Shown one piece after another: positions 25,101 to 35,169 of a DNA stretch of 64,000 bases (position 1 is the first letter of the stretch; each line of letters starts with the position of its first letter). Origin of the DNA: Podarcis muralis. Lineage: Eukaryota. The DNA is taken from contig NC_135656.1 in NCBI RefSeq assembly GCF_964188315.1, positions 107,756,001 to 107,820,000 of the forward strand, given 5' to 3'. The notes beneath the pieces were generated by a model. It did not search any database and was not told the origin of the DNA. It was given only the letters and a program-made list of their open reading frames with translations. Both the position numbers and the translations under genes were made by a program.

Positions 25101-25422
25101 GTGTGTTTGGAGTCCATATGGGTCGATCAGGGAAGGAATCGTTATTAAACTGAAGGCAAGAGTTGCCAAAGGTGGTGGCCTCCAAGACCTGGCTCCACGG
25201 TTGATGTGGAACCGGCTTCTGGAAACGCAGTTTGCCTATGGGGGGCTCAGCGTAGGGGATGCCCAGGTAGGCGGTGACAGAGCCAGGGCCAGCCGGGAGT
25301 CTTTTGCCTCTAATAGGACCGCTGCTGGTGACCACCACAGTATCATCTTCAGAGGCAGAGCTGGAAGCCAGGAGGAAGAGGAGGAGGCACAAGGAGGAGG
25401 GTGAAGTCCGGAAACAACGCAT
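22115..25422 (-). CDS. Gene C: secreted cholinesterase-like protein, catalytic Ser->Gly (pseudoenzyme), 569 aa; join(25422..23972, 23219..23056, 22209..22115)
   Basis: Elbow GLGSG (GGT at 24769..24771); all splice sites canonical and in frame; last exon RKSEEGCIPPVQEKDVKNDARDGENHASGTV*. Confidence 0.9.
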
Positions 25423-25641
25423 AGCGTCTGCAGCTGAAAGAATCAGAAATAGGAGTGGCATGGGGCAGCGGCGTAGGAAGGGGGCAGGGGGGCAGGTCAC
25501 CCCAGGTACCATCACGGAGGGGGGTCACAAATTATCAAGGAACAATTACTGCCCTACTAGGGCGGTTCATAAAAAACTTTTTTAAAAAAAATGCCTGCTC
25601 CAAAGGTCTCATCTTACTACACTAGGGATTATATAGTTATA

Positions 25642-25876
25642 CAGTGGTACCTTGGGTTACATACGCTTCAGGTTACATACGCTTCAGGTTACAGACTCCG
25701 CTAATGCAGAAATAGTACCTTGGGTAAGAACTATACTTCAGGATGAGAACAGAAATTGTGCAGCACGGCAGCAGCAGGAGGCCCCATTAGCTAAAGTGGT
25801 GCTTCAGGTTAAGAACAGTTTCAGGTTAAGAACGGACCTCCGGAACAAATTAAGTTCTTAACCCGAGGTACCACTG
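25642..25876. mobile_element. MITE family 1, intron 1 of C
   Basis: TIR and TA duplication; same site as in B. Confidence 0.85.
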
Positions 25877-27145
25877 TATATGAAATTTCGTGCATATCAG
25901 TTAGTATCTTGACCCTCCTCCACAAAAATAGCTGTTTACTCAGCCGTTTTCCTATGTAGTGAAGGCTGAAAGTTCAATTCAGTGGAGCAGGGTCAAGATA
26001 TTAACTGATATTCATGAAATTTCAGATATAGCTATACAATCCCTAGTAAGATCATATATATATAAGTAAGATAAGACCTTTGGAGCAGGCATTTAAAAAA
26101 AAAAAAGTTTTTTTATGAACCGCCCTACTGCCCTAACCTCTGCCAGGCTTCCCGGGTCCCGGTAAGTCGGCCTATGTGAAGAAAATGAGACTAGGCTGAG
26201 TAGATTAGGCCTTGCCTTGCCTTCACCCCGCCTCCTGCATGCAGCCAATTGGCCAGCTGGGTTGGGGGCGAAGGCAAGGCAAGGCCGAATCTACTCGGCC
26301 TAGTCTAATTTTCTTCACATAGGCCGACTTTCTGGGCTGCTGGGAAAGCCTGCCAAGGCCGCTGCCTGTCCTGCGACCCCCTTCAGGCCCCAATCCCCCT
26401 CTGAAAAGCCTCTGCTTCCCCCAAAAGCGGAGCGTGTGGGACAGTGGCAGTGCCACCGCCCAGTTTTGCCCATGCGTGGCACCAGGAGGAGCGGCTCAAT
26501 GCCGCCCTGAGCACTCAGCAGGGCAGCCTCCCCTTTGCCCTCAGTCTCCCCTGCATGAAGCTAGGACCTCCCAAAGGCAGTTGTGTAATTAAAAGAAGAT
26601 GAGAAAAATCAGCAAAGCAATTCTGTGGCTAACTGACCAATTCCTTTAAGTAGGGTCTATTAATGAAGTTCACACTTTTGACAACCAGTCTGATGCTTTT
26701 GCAGAAAAATATTCCTAGACACAAGACTAAATATTTTGGGGAGGGTGGTCCCAGAGCCCTAGCGCCACCATCCCAAAGAGGATAAAATGGGCGGACTTTG
26801 GTACTCTTTTGTCCTCCCCTCCCCCAATGTCTCGCTATCTGAGCTGGCTCCCTGCCTGTTGCGTTACATGCGGGGAAACCTGTTAAGTGGTGGGTTGACA
26901 TAGCAGCCGGCACAGCGATTTCTTCAAGTAGCTCTTTATTCTGGTAAGCTGGAATAGAACTGACAGTGAACAGCTCAGCCGGCCTGTATTTATAGGCAGC
27001 CGGCTGTCACATTGTAACCACAACAGCCCAGAGTTCCCGCCTAAAATAACTGCCGCGGACCTGAGTGAAAACTATCTACAGACCTGAGTGAAAACTATAT
27101 ACAGTATCCCCCTGTTGGCCCAGGGTGAAACTACACTACATAACA

Positions 27146-27154
27146 CCCCTCCCC
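27146..27154 (-). other. polypurine tract of the Gypsy element
   Basis: GGGGAGGGG directly abutting the 3' LTR. Confidence 0.85.
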
Positions 27155-27258
27155 ACCGAGATAAGGCGTTAGTTACAATCGTAATGGTTTCCTTATATAC
27201 AGCACTACGCGTAATGGTTCAATTAGGCACAAAAGCATATCGGTTACATTTCCCATAC

Positions 27259-30200
27259 TTAGACCAACAGTGATACCTGTCCAACAACATAGTCCTTTAA
27301 ATGAGTTGGGCGCTTGGAAACTCTGCCAGACCGCCGGGGACTGGTAGCCAAGTCCGGAGGGCCACACAGTTCTCGCTGAGGCTGTGGTGCGACCCTAGGT
27401 GGCGTTGGAACCAACTCCCCTGGATCCGCTGCTGTGAGTGGAGCCTCCGCAAGTGGAGTGGTCTGAGTCTGTTCTGAGACGGCTTGGTTCGGCTCCACGC
27501 TGGCAGTTTGCGAGGGAGGTGTAGGTGGAGCCTCGCCATCTGTACGTGTCTCTTCTGGAGCCGCAAGCGCAGTTGGGGGCACCTCGGTAGTGTCCAAGTC
27601 CCCAACCCTGCGCCTAAGTTGGTCTATGTGCCGTCGCCACAAGCGCCCGTCTTCGAGTGCCACCTGGTACGAGCGAGGTCCAGTGACTCCCACTACTGTG
27701 GCTGGCACCCAAGGGATGTCCCCCACATAGTTCCGGGCAAAGACCTGGTTTCCTGGGACAAATGACCGTGGTGCGTTGGCACAGCCTGGGGGTTCAGCCA
27801 CGGCAAAGTCTGGGTGTAGCCGGTCGAGCGGTGACCTGAGGCGGCGGCCCATAAGCAGTTCCGCAGGACTCCTCCCTGTGGCCGCATGAGGGGTGATGTG
27901 TTGCGCGAACAAGTATTCGGCGACCCGCTCATGCCAGTCTCCCCGGTCCAGGCGCGCCAGTGCCTCTTTTGTCGAGCGCACCATTCTTTCCGCTTGCCCG
28001 TTGCTGGATGGATGAAAGGGTGCCGTTAGGGCATGGCGGATGCCCAGTCCCAAAAGATACCGCTCAAACGTGCCTGATGTGAACTGCGGTCCGTTGTCAG
28101 AGACAAGGACATCAGGACACCCATGCGTTGCAAACAGGCCTCGCAGCACCCGGATGACAGCTTCGGTAGTGGTGGAGGGCATCAGGGCGACCTCCAGCCA
28201 TTTGGAATAGGCGTCCACCACTACCATAAAGGTCCGGCCGTGAAAGGGGCCAGCCAGATCGATGTGCACCCTCGACCAGGGTGTCTTTGGCGTCTCCCAC
28301 GTGTATCCCTTAGCTGCCGGTGGTGCAGGCCTCGACTCCTGGCACGCTTGACAGGCGGACACCCAGGCAGTGATGGCATCGTCCATATTAGGCCACCAGA
28401 CGTAACACCGAGCCAACGCCTTCATTTTGACAATTCCCGGGTGGCCAACGTGCAGAGCCTCCAGGACGCGCTGACGGAGTCCCTGGGGAATCACGACGCG
28501 GTCTCCCCACAGCAGACAGCCGCGATGAGCTGAGAGTTCATGTTGTCTGGTTGCGAAGGGCTGGAACTCCGATGCAAAGGGCCCTTGTGGCCACCCCCTC
28601 CACACCCAGTTGAGCACCCGGCTGATGGTGCGATCCTGGGCAGATGCGGAGGCCACAGTGGCAGCCGACACAGGCGCTGCCGGAAGATCCTCAATCAGAA
28701 GGAGCGATGAAGCTGGAGCCGGGTCTTCCACAAATGCTGGAAGAGGGCAACGGCTGAGGGCGTCGGCATGGCCCATCGATTTCCCCGGGCGGTGGATGAG
28801 CCGGTAGTGGTAGGCAGCCAGGAAAACAGTCCATCGCAGCATGCGTGGTGAGAGGACCGGTGGAGTTGGACGATCACCGGCGAGGAGGCCCAGGAGTGGC
28901 TTGTGGTCAGTGATGAGGTCAAAAGTCCTGCCATAGAGGTATTCATGAAACCTCTTCACTCCAGCCACAAGTGCCAATGCCTCCTTGTCGAGCTGGCTGT
29001 AATTCCGTTCCGTCGGAGATAGTGTCCTGGAAAAGTAGGCGAGCGGTGCTTCTCTTCCATCTGGAAAACGGTGACTAAGGACAGCCCCGATGCCAAAAGG
29101 TGAGGCGTCGCAGGCAAGGACCAGTGGCCTGGATTCACTGTACTGTACCAGCACACTGTCCGAAGAAAGGAGAGCCTTGACCGCGTTGAAGGCCGCCGTC
29201 TCCCGATGACCCCAGGCCCAAGGCGTCTTAGTGCTAAGGAGTCGGTGAAGAGGCTCAGCCACTGTGGCTTTGTGGGGCAGGAACATGTTATAAAAGTTCA
29301 GCAGCCCCAGGAACGCCTGCAACTCCGTTTTGTTCTTTGGAGTGGGGGCCTGCTGGATAGCGCGGATCTTGGATGTGGTTGGATGAAGACCGGAGGCATC
29401 GATAAGATAGCCCAGGAACTCTACCTGTGGAACGGCGATCTGGCACTTCTCCCTTTTTACCTTGAGCCCGGCCTCCTGGAACCTGGTCAGCACGGCACGG
29501 AGGCGCTCGAACAGCTGCTGGTGTGAGTCTGCAGACACCAAGACGTCATCAAAATATGGTACCACGCCCGGAAGCCCTTGCAGGAGACGCTCCATAAGGC
29601 CTTGGAAGATGCCAGGAGCCACACTCACCCCGAACTGCAACCGGCGGCAACGGAATGCCCCCCGGTGGGTGACGATCGTCTGGGCTTCAGCAGTGGCATC
29701 ATCGACTGGCAGTTGTTGATAGGCTTGGGCAAGGTCCAGCTTAGCGAAGACCTTACCCTCACCCAGGGAATGCAGCAGGTGTTGGACAACAGGAACCGGA
29801 TAAGCGTGCTGCTGAAGTGCCTTGTTGATCGTGCACTTGTAGTCAGCGCAGATTCTCACCGACCCATCTGGCTTGACAGGCGTGACGATGGGGGTTTCCC
29901 ACTTTGCGTGGTCAACCGGCTCCAAAACTCCTTGGGCGATCAGTTTGTCCAGTTGTTCGTCCACCTTAGCCTTGAGAGCAAAGGGAACCCGGCGTGGCTT
30001 TAGCTTGATGGGGGCGACTTGTGGATCCAGGCTAAAGGAGATGGGCGTACCTGTATATTGGCCCAAGGTGCCGTCAAAAACCTCGGCAAAGTCTTTGACC
30101 AGACCCTCAGTCTCTGCGTTAGAGATGCAGTTGATGCCGGTGACTTCCAGGCCGAGGGCATCAAACCAGTCTAGCCCTAGGAGGCTTGGCCGCTGACCTT

Positions 30201-31371
30201 CGACCACCACCAACCGGAGCAGGCCCGAAAAATCCTTGAAGGCGATCCGGAACCGGCCAACGCCTACCACGGGAACGTCGTTTCCCTGGTAGTCTCTCAG
30301 GTGTACGCGGTGAGAGTCGAGTTGCCTTTTGGACACTCTGGGTACCAGTCTTTTGATGGTGCTCCATGACACGATGGACAGGGCAGACCCGGTGTCGATC
30401 TCCATGTCACATGGAGCTCCTTCAATGAGCACCGTGACGTTCAGCTTGCGTCTCGTAGGCGAGTCGGTTTGGCCAATCGTGGTTCCAGACGGGCAGCGGC
30501 AGTTGGTGAGAGCGAAACAACTTTCCTTGGCAGACTGGAGTGAAGACTTGGACTTGCGAGTCGATGAAGGGGGGGTGTCAGACGGAGCCGATCGGCAGAC
30601 CTTAGCGATGTGGCCCCTTCTGGAACACCTCCTACAGATGGCGTCTCTGAATCGACACTTGGCACGGGAATGGTTGCCTCCGCAGCCAGCACATTCCGGT
30701 TGGCCCTTGGACTTCTGTTGGAACTTCCTGCGCTCCCGCTTTGTCTGGTGCACATCATCGTCTTCACTGGAGGATGCCTCCTCACTGCTGGCCTCTTCAT
30801 GATGCACCGGAACGGGCTCCCTAGCAAGACGCAGGCTGCTGGACTTGCGGATCTCCTGAGCGGAGCGTTCAGCAGCTTCTGAGGCCACAGCCTCCTCAAT
30901 GGCTTTCTGTAGCGTGAGGTCTGGCTTGGCTAGGAGACGCCGTTGCAGATGGATGTCCCGGACCCCGCAGACGATTCGATCCATCAGGGCATCGTCTAAG
31001 TCTCGGAACTCACAGTGCATTGCAGCCTGTCGCAGGGCGGTGGTGTAGTTGTTGATTGACTCCCCCTCTGCCTGGTTCCTGTGGTAGAACGCATGGCGGG
31101 CAGCAATCTTGGACGGCTTTGGTGCGTAGTGGTTGCGGAGCTTCTCTTGGATCGTGTCCCATGGTGATGCCTGGACTGCTTCAGGCGCAACCAACGCTCG
31201 GGCCGTCTCAAACACCTCAGGCCCACAGAGGCTGAGGAATAGGCCCCGCTTCCGATCCTGTGATACTGCTGTCAGTTCGTTGGCTTGGAGGTAGCAGTCG
31301 AACCGAGCGAGGTAGGAGTCCCATGATTCAGAGGCTGGCGCAAACGGCGGTAGAGGCACAAGTGAAGCCAT
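27259..31371 (-). CDS. Gypsy gag-pol polyprotein, 1370 aa, uninterrupted
   Basis: Gag with two CCHC knuckles, protease DTGS, RT YFDD, RNase H (CDAS...TDHKPL), integrase HHCC zinc finger and DDE core, GPY/F-like C-terminus; order PR-RT-RH-IN. Confidence 0.97.
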   Translation of the reverse strand: MASLVPLPPFAPASESWDSYLARFDCYLQANELTAVSQDRKRGLFLSLCGPEVFETARALVAPEAVQASPWDTIQEKLRNHYAPKPSKIAARHAFYHRNQAEGESINNYTTALRQAAMHCEFRDLDDALMDRIVCGVRDIHLQRRLLAKPDLTLQKAIEEAVASEAAERSAQEIRKSSSLRLAREPVPVHHEEASSEEASSSEDDDVHQTKRERRKFQQKSKGQPECAGCGGNHSRAKCRFRDAICRRCSRRGHIAKVCRSAPSDTPPSSTRKSKSSLQSAKESCFALTNCRCPSGTTIGQTDSPTRRKLNVTVLIEGAPCDMEIDTGSALSIVSWSTIKRLVPRVSKRQLDSHRVHLRDYQGNDVPVVGVGRFRIAFKDFSGLLRLVVVEGQRPSLLGLDWFDALGLEVTGINCISNAETEGLVKDFAEVFDGTLGQYTGTPISFSLDPQVAPIKLKPRRVPFALKAKVDEQLDKLIAQGVLEPVDHAKWETPIVTPVKPDGSVRICADYKCTINKALQQHAYPVPVVQHLLHSLGEGKVFAKLDLAQAYQQLPVDDATAEAQTIVTHRGAFRCRRLQFGVSVAPGIFQGLMERLLQGLPGVVPYFDDVLVSADSHQQLFERLRAVLTRFQEAGLKVKREKCQIAVPQVEFLGYLIDASGLHPTTSKIRAIQQAPTPKNKTELQAFLGLLNFYNMFLPHKATVAEPLHRLLSTKTPWAWGHRETAAFNAVKALLSSDSVLVQYSESRPLVLACDASPFGIGAVLSHRFPDGREAPLAYFSRTLSPTERNYSQLDKEALALVAGVKRFHEYLYGRTFDLITDHKPLLGLLAGDRPTPPVLSPRMLRWTVFLAAYHYRLIHRPGKSMGHADALSRCPLPAFVEDPAPASSLLLIEDLPAAPVSAATVASASAQDRTISRVLNWVWRGWPQGPFASEFQPFATRQHELSAHRGCLLWGDRVVIPQGLRQRVLEALHVGHPGIVKMKALARCYVWWPNMDDAITAWVSACQACQESRPAPPAAKGYTWETPKTPWSRVHIDLAGPFHGRTFMVVVDAYSKWLEVALMPSTTTEAVIRVLRGLFATHGCPDVLVSDNGPQFTSGTFERYLLGLGIRHALTAPFHPSSNGQAERMVRSTKEALARLDRGDWHERVAEYLFAQHITPHAATGRSPAELLMGRRLRSPLDRLHPDFAVAEPPGCANAPRSFVPGNQVFARNYVGDIPWVPATVVGVTGPRSYQVALEDGRLWRRHIDQLRRRVGDLDTTEVPPTALAAPEETRTDGEAPPTPPSQTASVEPNQAVSEQTQTTPLAEAPLTAADPGELVPTPPRVAPQPQRELCGPPDLATSPRRSGRVSKRPTHLKDYVVGQVSLLV

Positions 31372-31547
31372 GATTCCGATGCCGGCGTGAAGGGCGATGG
31401 ATGGAACACAGTGCTCTAGCCAGAACAGTCAGCTCTGAACTGGTTCTGCCCAGTGATTTCGCTCAGTGATTTCGCTCTGTGATTCAGCTCAGTGATTCAG
31501 CTCAGTTCAGAGGCTGGCCGCATCTGGCTGTGCTCTGATGTCCATCG

Positions 31548-31565
31548 ATCCCATCCTCGTCGCCA
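31548..31565 (-). other. primer-binding site complementary to tRNA-Ser(GCU) 3' end
   Basis: TGGCGACGAGGATGGGAT one base after the 5' LTR; matches the vertebrate tRNA-Ser(GCT) end ...ATCCCATCCTCGTCGCCA as recalled, not searched. Confidence 0.8.
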
Positions 31566-32981
31566 GTGTTAAGTGGTGGGTTGACATAGCAGCCGGCACA
31601 GCGATTTCTTCAAGTAGCTCTTTATTCTGGTAAGCTGGAATAGAACTGACAGTGAACAGCTCAGCCGGCCTGTATTTATAGGCAGCCGGCTGTCACATTG
31701 TAACCACAACAGCCCAGAGTTCCCGCCTAAAATAACTGCCGCGGACCTGAGTGAAAACTATCTACAGACCTGAGTGAAAACTATATACAGTATCCCCCTG
31801 TTGGCCCAGGGTGAAACTACACTACATAACAAAACCCATGTGGGGTTCCTCTCTGTGTAAAGTCTTCAAGCTGTGCCTGTGCACACCTGATAAATCTGCC
31901 CCATTGTCAAAATTTATCTTTTCCCCCACCTCTAGTCTCCGTTGTTGTATCTTCCTGGCTGAGGGGAAAAACAGAAGAAGGATGGCCACCGGTCAGGGAT
32001 GGTCCTGCTGGAGATTCCTGCATTGCCCCAGGAGTTTGGCTAAATGACCCTCAGGGGTCCCTTCCAACTCTGCAATTCTCTGGTGCAGGCTCATGCAGAG
32101 TTTTAGGTACAAGTTGGATGCAAGGGGTGCATAGGATTGCAGCCCGTCTTATGCACCGTGGGCTCGGGAATAAGTCCCACTGATCATGATGAGACTAGAT
32201 TGCTGCTGTGCAGTCCTGTTTCTTAAATAAATATTTTCCTTTTCGGATAATACAGAGCATGGTGAAATCACAAAAAATAAAACCTCCCCTTCAGTAGTTT
32301 CAAGCACTACTACAGGTCCACATAATATCTGTACTGCATTGTTTACTGTGACAGCGCCTGCACTTTGGAACTCCTCGCCTATTGCAACAAAGCATGTGCC
32401 TTTGCTAGACTCTTTTCGGGCACCTGCTAAAAGCATTCTTCTTTAGGCAAGCATACCTAGATGCTTAGGAAGTTGAAGTAATTTCAATCTTTTGTATGTT
32501 TTAAAGTAGGATTGTTAATTTTTCCTGATTCTATCTACTGCTGTGGTGTGTTTTTGGGGGGGGGTTTGTTTTGGTAAACCACTTTGCAGGTTTTTTAAAA
32601 TAATTTTTATTAAATAAATAAACAATAAATATAAATACAATAACACAAGCCATCACTTGATCATGCACATCGATCTTCACAGCTACACCTTAAATAGAGA
32701 AATTGAAGAGAGTCCCCTTCTTGTTCAAATCTGCTGGGGCATCTACACCCAGTTACTCAAAGCATCACCAAACTGCACTATGGGTGAAGTTTCTCCACAA
32801 CTACTCGAGTTTCTGATTTCCATTCCTATGGCAGATCCTCTACCTATTCTCCCATTCTCATTCATTTTTTAGAAGCACTCTGATTTGTGGTCTAGGGTTG
32901 TTGTGGTTCCAATTTTTGGTAATGTTCTGAGTTATCCCCCATAGCCAACTCACATCGCATTTCTGTTCCTTACAGACTCAC

Positions 32982-33130
32982 CCTGATGGGGTTCTCCTGC
33001 TCCTCAGTATCCCCTGCAGCTCACTCTGAAGAGGAGAGTTAGGTACTGCTGAGGATCCAGACCCTTATATGAAAAACACCTGGGCGTGTGAGCATCTGCC
33101 CATCTGTACGTATGCAAAAGTCAATGACCG
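32982..33130 (-). promoter_or_regulatory. putative exon 1 and promoter of gene C
   Basis: Donor CAGG|GTGAGT at 32981; CATATAAG ~33064..33071; this places the Gypsy element inside intron 1. Confidence 0.6.
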
Positions 33131-33480
33131 ACTGGCTTTGCTCACCCAGTGGGAGGAGGCTACATCTTGGCAGCATCCGAATGTATGTCAGGGGTCAGAG
33201 AGACTTTGCTTTTACATAAATTGGGGGAAGGTGCAGGGGGAAAGACAAAGGGCTGCCTCCAAAATAAGTCATACTCAGAGGAGATCCACTACAATTAAAG
33301 GACATGACTATGATAGGACCATTGATTTCCATGTGTCCACTCTGAGTAGAACTTAAAAGGATTCAGCCCAAAGTTATTGCAATCCTCCTGTCCTTTGGCT
33401 ACGGAGTAATACCAATGTCCACAAATACAACCAACCAGTAGCCTGGCTCTCAGAACAAAATGCAGTGCTTAAGTGAAAAC

Positions 33481-33750
33481 CAGTGTGGTGTAGTGGTTAA
33501 GAGAGGTAGTCTCGTAATCTGGGGAACCGGGTTCGCGTCTCCGCTCCTCCACATGCAGCTGCTGGGTGACCTTGGGCCAGTCACACTTCTCTGAAGTCTC
33601 TCAGCCTCACTCACCTCACAGAGTGTTTGCTGTGAGGGAGGAAGGGAAAGGAGAATGTTAGCCGCTTTGAGACTCCTGAAGGGGAGTGAAAGGCGGGATA
33701 TCAAAGCCAAACTCCTCCTCCTCCTCCTCCTCTTCTTCTTCTTCTTCTTC
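33481..33750 (+). mobile_element. tRNA-derived SINE (second family), same insertion as 19586
   Basis: Near-identical to 19586..19888 with a shorter simple-repeat tail. Confidence 0.8.
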
Positions 33751-34207
33751 TGTCAGCACAAAGGGCTTGTCATGGGCCAGGAGTCGGCTTCACCTGCTGA
33801 GCAGCAGCCTGAAGTTGCAGAAGGCAGAGTGACTCCACCTGCTGCTGATCAACCTTCTAGCTCATGAGGAGAACCAGATGGCTCCAGCTTTCCTAAGCAG
33901 GGTTTGCAGCGTCAGTCAGTTGCTAGAAACAACATTTGTCATTCCTGGCCAGACCTTGCTGCTTTTGGCTTCTTGTGACCCTGGACTCTCAGCTTCCTTG
34001 ATCCCCCGGACTGTTAAACTACGTGAAGTGAGATACTCCTGACTTTAGGACTGGACTGAACTTTGTGTACGGACTCTGCCTCCAGGCAAATACCCACCCA
34101 CCCTGAGACTTGACTGGTTGGCTGGCCACTCCTGCCACTGAGCTCTGCCATGGGTTGGCATCATGGGATACAAGAGGGCTTGGCTCATAGGGGTTATTCT
34201 TCTTATA

Positions 34208-34433
34208 CAGTGGTACCTCTGGTTAAGTACTTAATTCGTTCCGGAGCTCCACACTTAACCTGAAACTGTACTTAACCTGAAGCACCACTTTAGGTAGCAC
34301 CACACCGCTGGAGCACGATTTCTGTTCTCATCCTGAAGCAAAGTTCTTAACCCGAGGTACTATTTCTGGGTTAGCGGAGTCTGTAACCTGAAGCATATGT
34401 AACCTGAAGCGTATGTAACCTGAGGTACCACTG
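34208..34433. mobile_element. MITE family 1 (reverse orientation)
   Basis: cagtggtacctc...gaggtaccactg with TA duplication. Confidence 0.85.
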
Positions 34434-35169
34434 TATTGTCTTCTGGATAGGAACCACAACAACCCCTCATTTAAGAAACCTGGAACTCCATTTTGGATTT
34501 TTAAGTAGCAGCTTTCGAACAATACACACCCATTCCTAAGATATCATTGCAGGCAATGATATTTATTCATATATCCTAAAAGCACCACCGTCTCCGCTGT
34601 CCATCATTCCAAGGAAACTGAATCCTGCATAAGCACTGTGATCCTGTTGGCATGCAACTCTTTCCAACGTGTCAATGTTTGAGGCATGCTGGGTTCAAAC
34701 CTAGTTTTATCCTTGCTTTTTTCCCTGCGCTTTATGCTTCCACCACTCTATGAGGTTTATTCTTTTCTATACAGATTTACAACTATACCTGTAATGAATC
34801 CCAGCTTTCTCACTCTGGTTGTATGAAGCCAGGGCTGAAGATCCTGTGGCCCTCCATCTATTGTTTGGCTGCAGCTCCCACCAGAAGAGATTGGGTAGAG
34901 ATAATAGCAAATGTAGCCCAACAAGATAGGAACGTCTACTGGGTCTCTGTTCCAGCATAAGCACTGGGTAGCCTGGTTCTACTGATACACTGGTTAACCA
35001 GTAGGTCACTTCACCGGAGGTGAATGAGATTGTCACTAGGATTTCTTTAATTTTAATGCTGCTGAGAAAACATTTCAATTTAAAAAAAGAATGTGGCTGG
35101 TAAACTCTTTCCATGCTATTTAAAATATAGATCATGTAAGTTAAGTTGTATGGGATCAATTCCAATCTG

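Larger units (their letters stand above)
26881..31831 (-). mobile_element. full-length Ty3/Gypsy LTR retrotransposon (Mag/K02A2.6-like) in intron 1 of C
   Basis: LTRs 26881..27145 and 31567..31831 (265 bp, TG...CA, identical by eye); TSD AAACC (26876..26880, 31832..31836); empty site in B at 17922; PBS and PPT present. Confidence 0.97.

Noticed and set aside
27297-31226. Many overlapping ORFs inside the Gypsy element
   Set aside because: Expected off-frame ORFs of a GC-rich coding sequence; no env-like or other domain seen.
32149-32436. 95-aa ORF MLLAGARKESSKGTCF... in intron 1 of C
   Set aside because: Frameshifted in the B paralog (~18410) and no recognisable motif.
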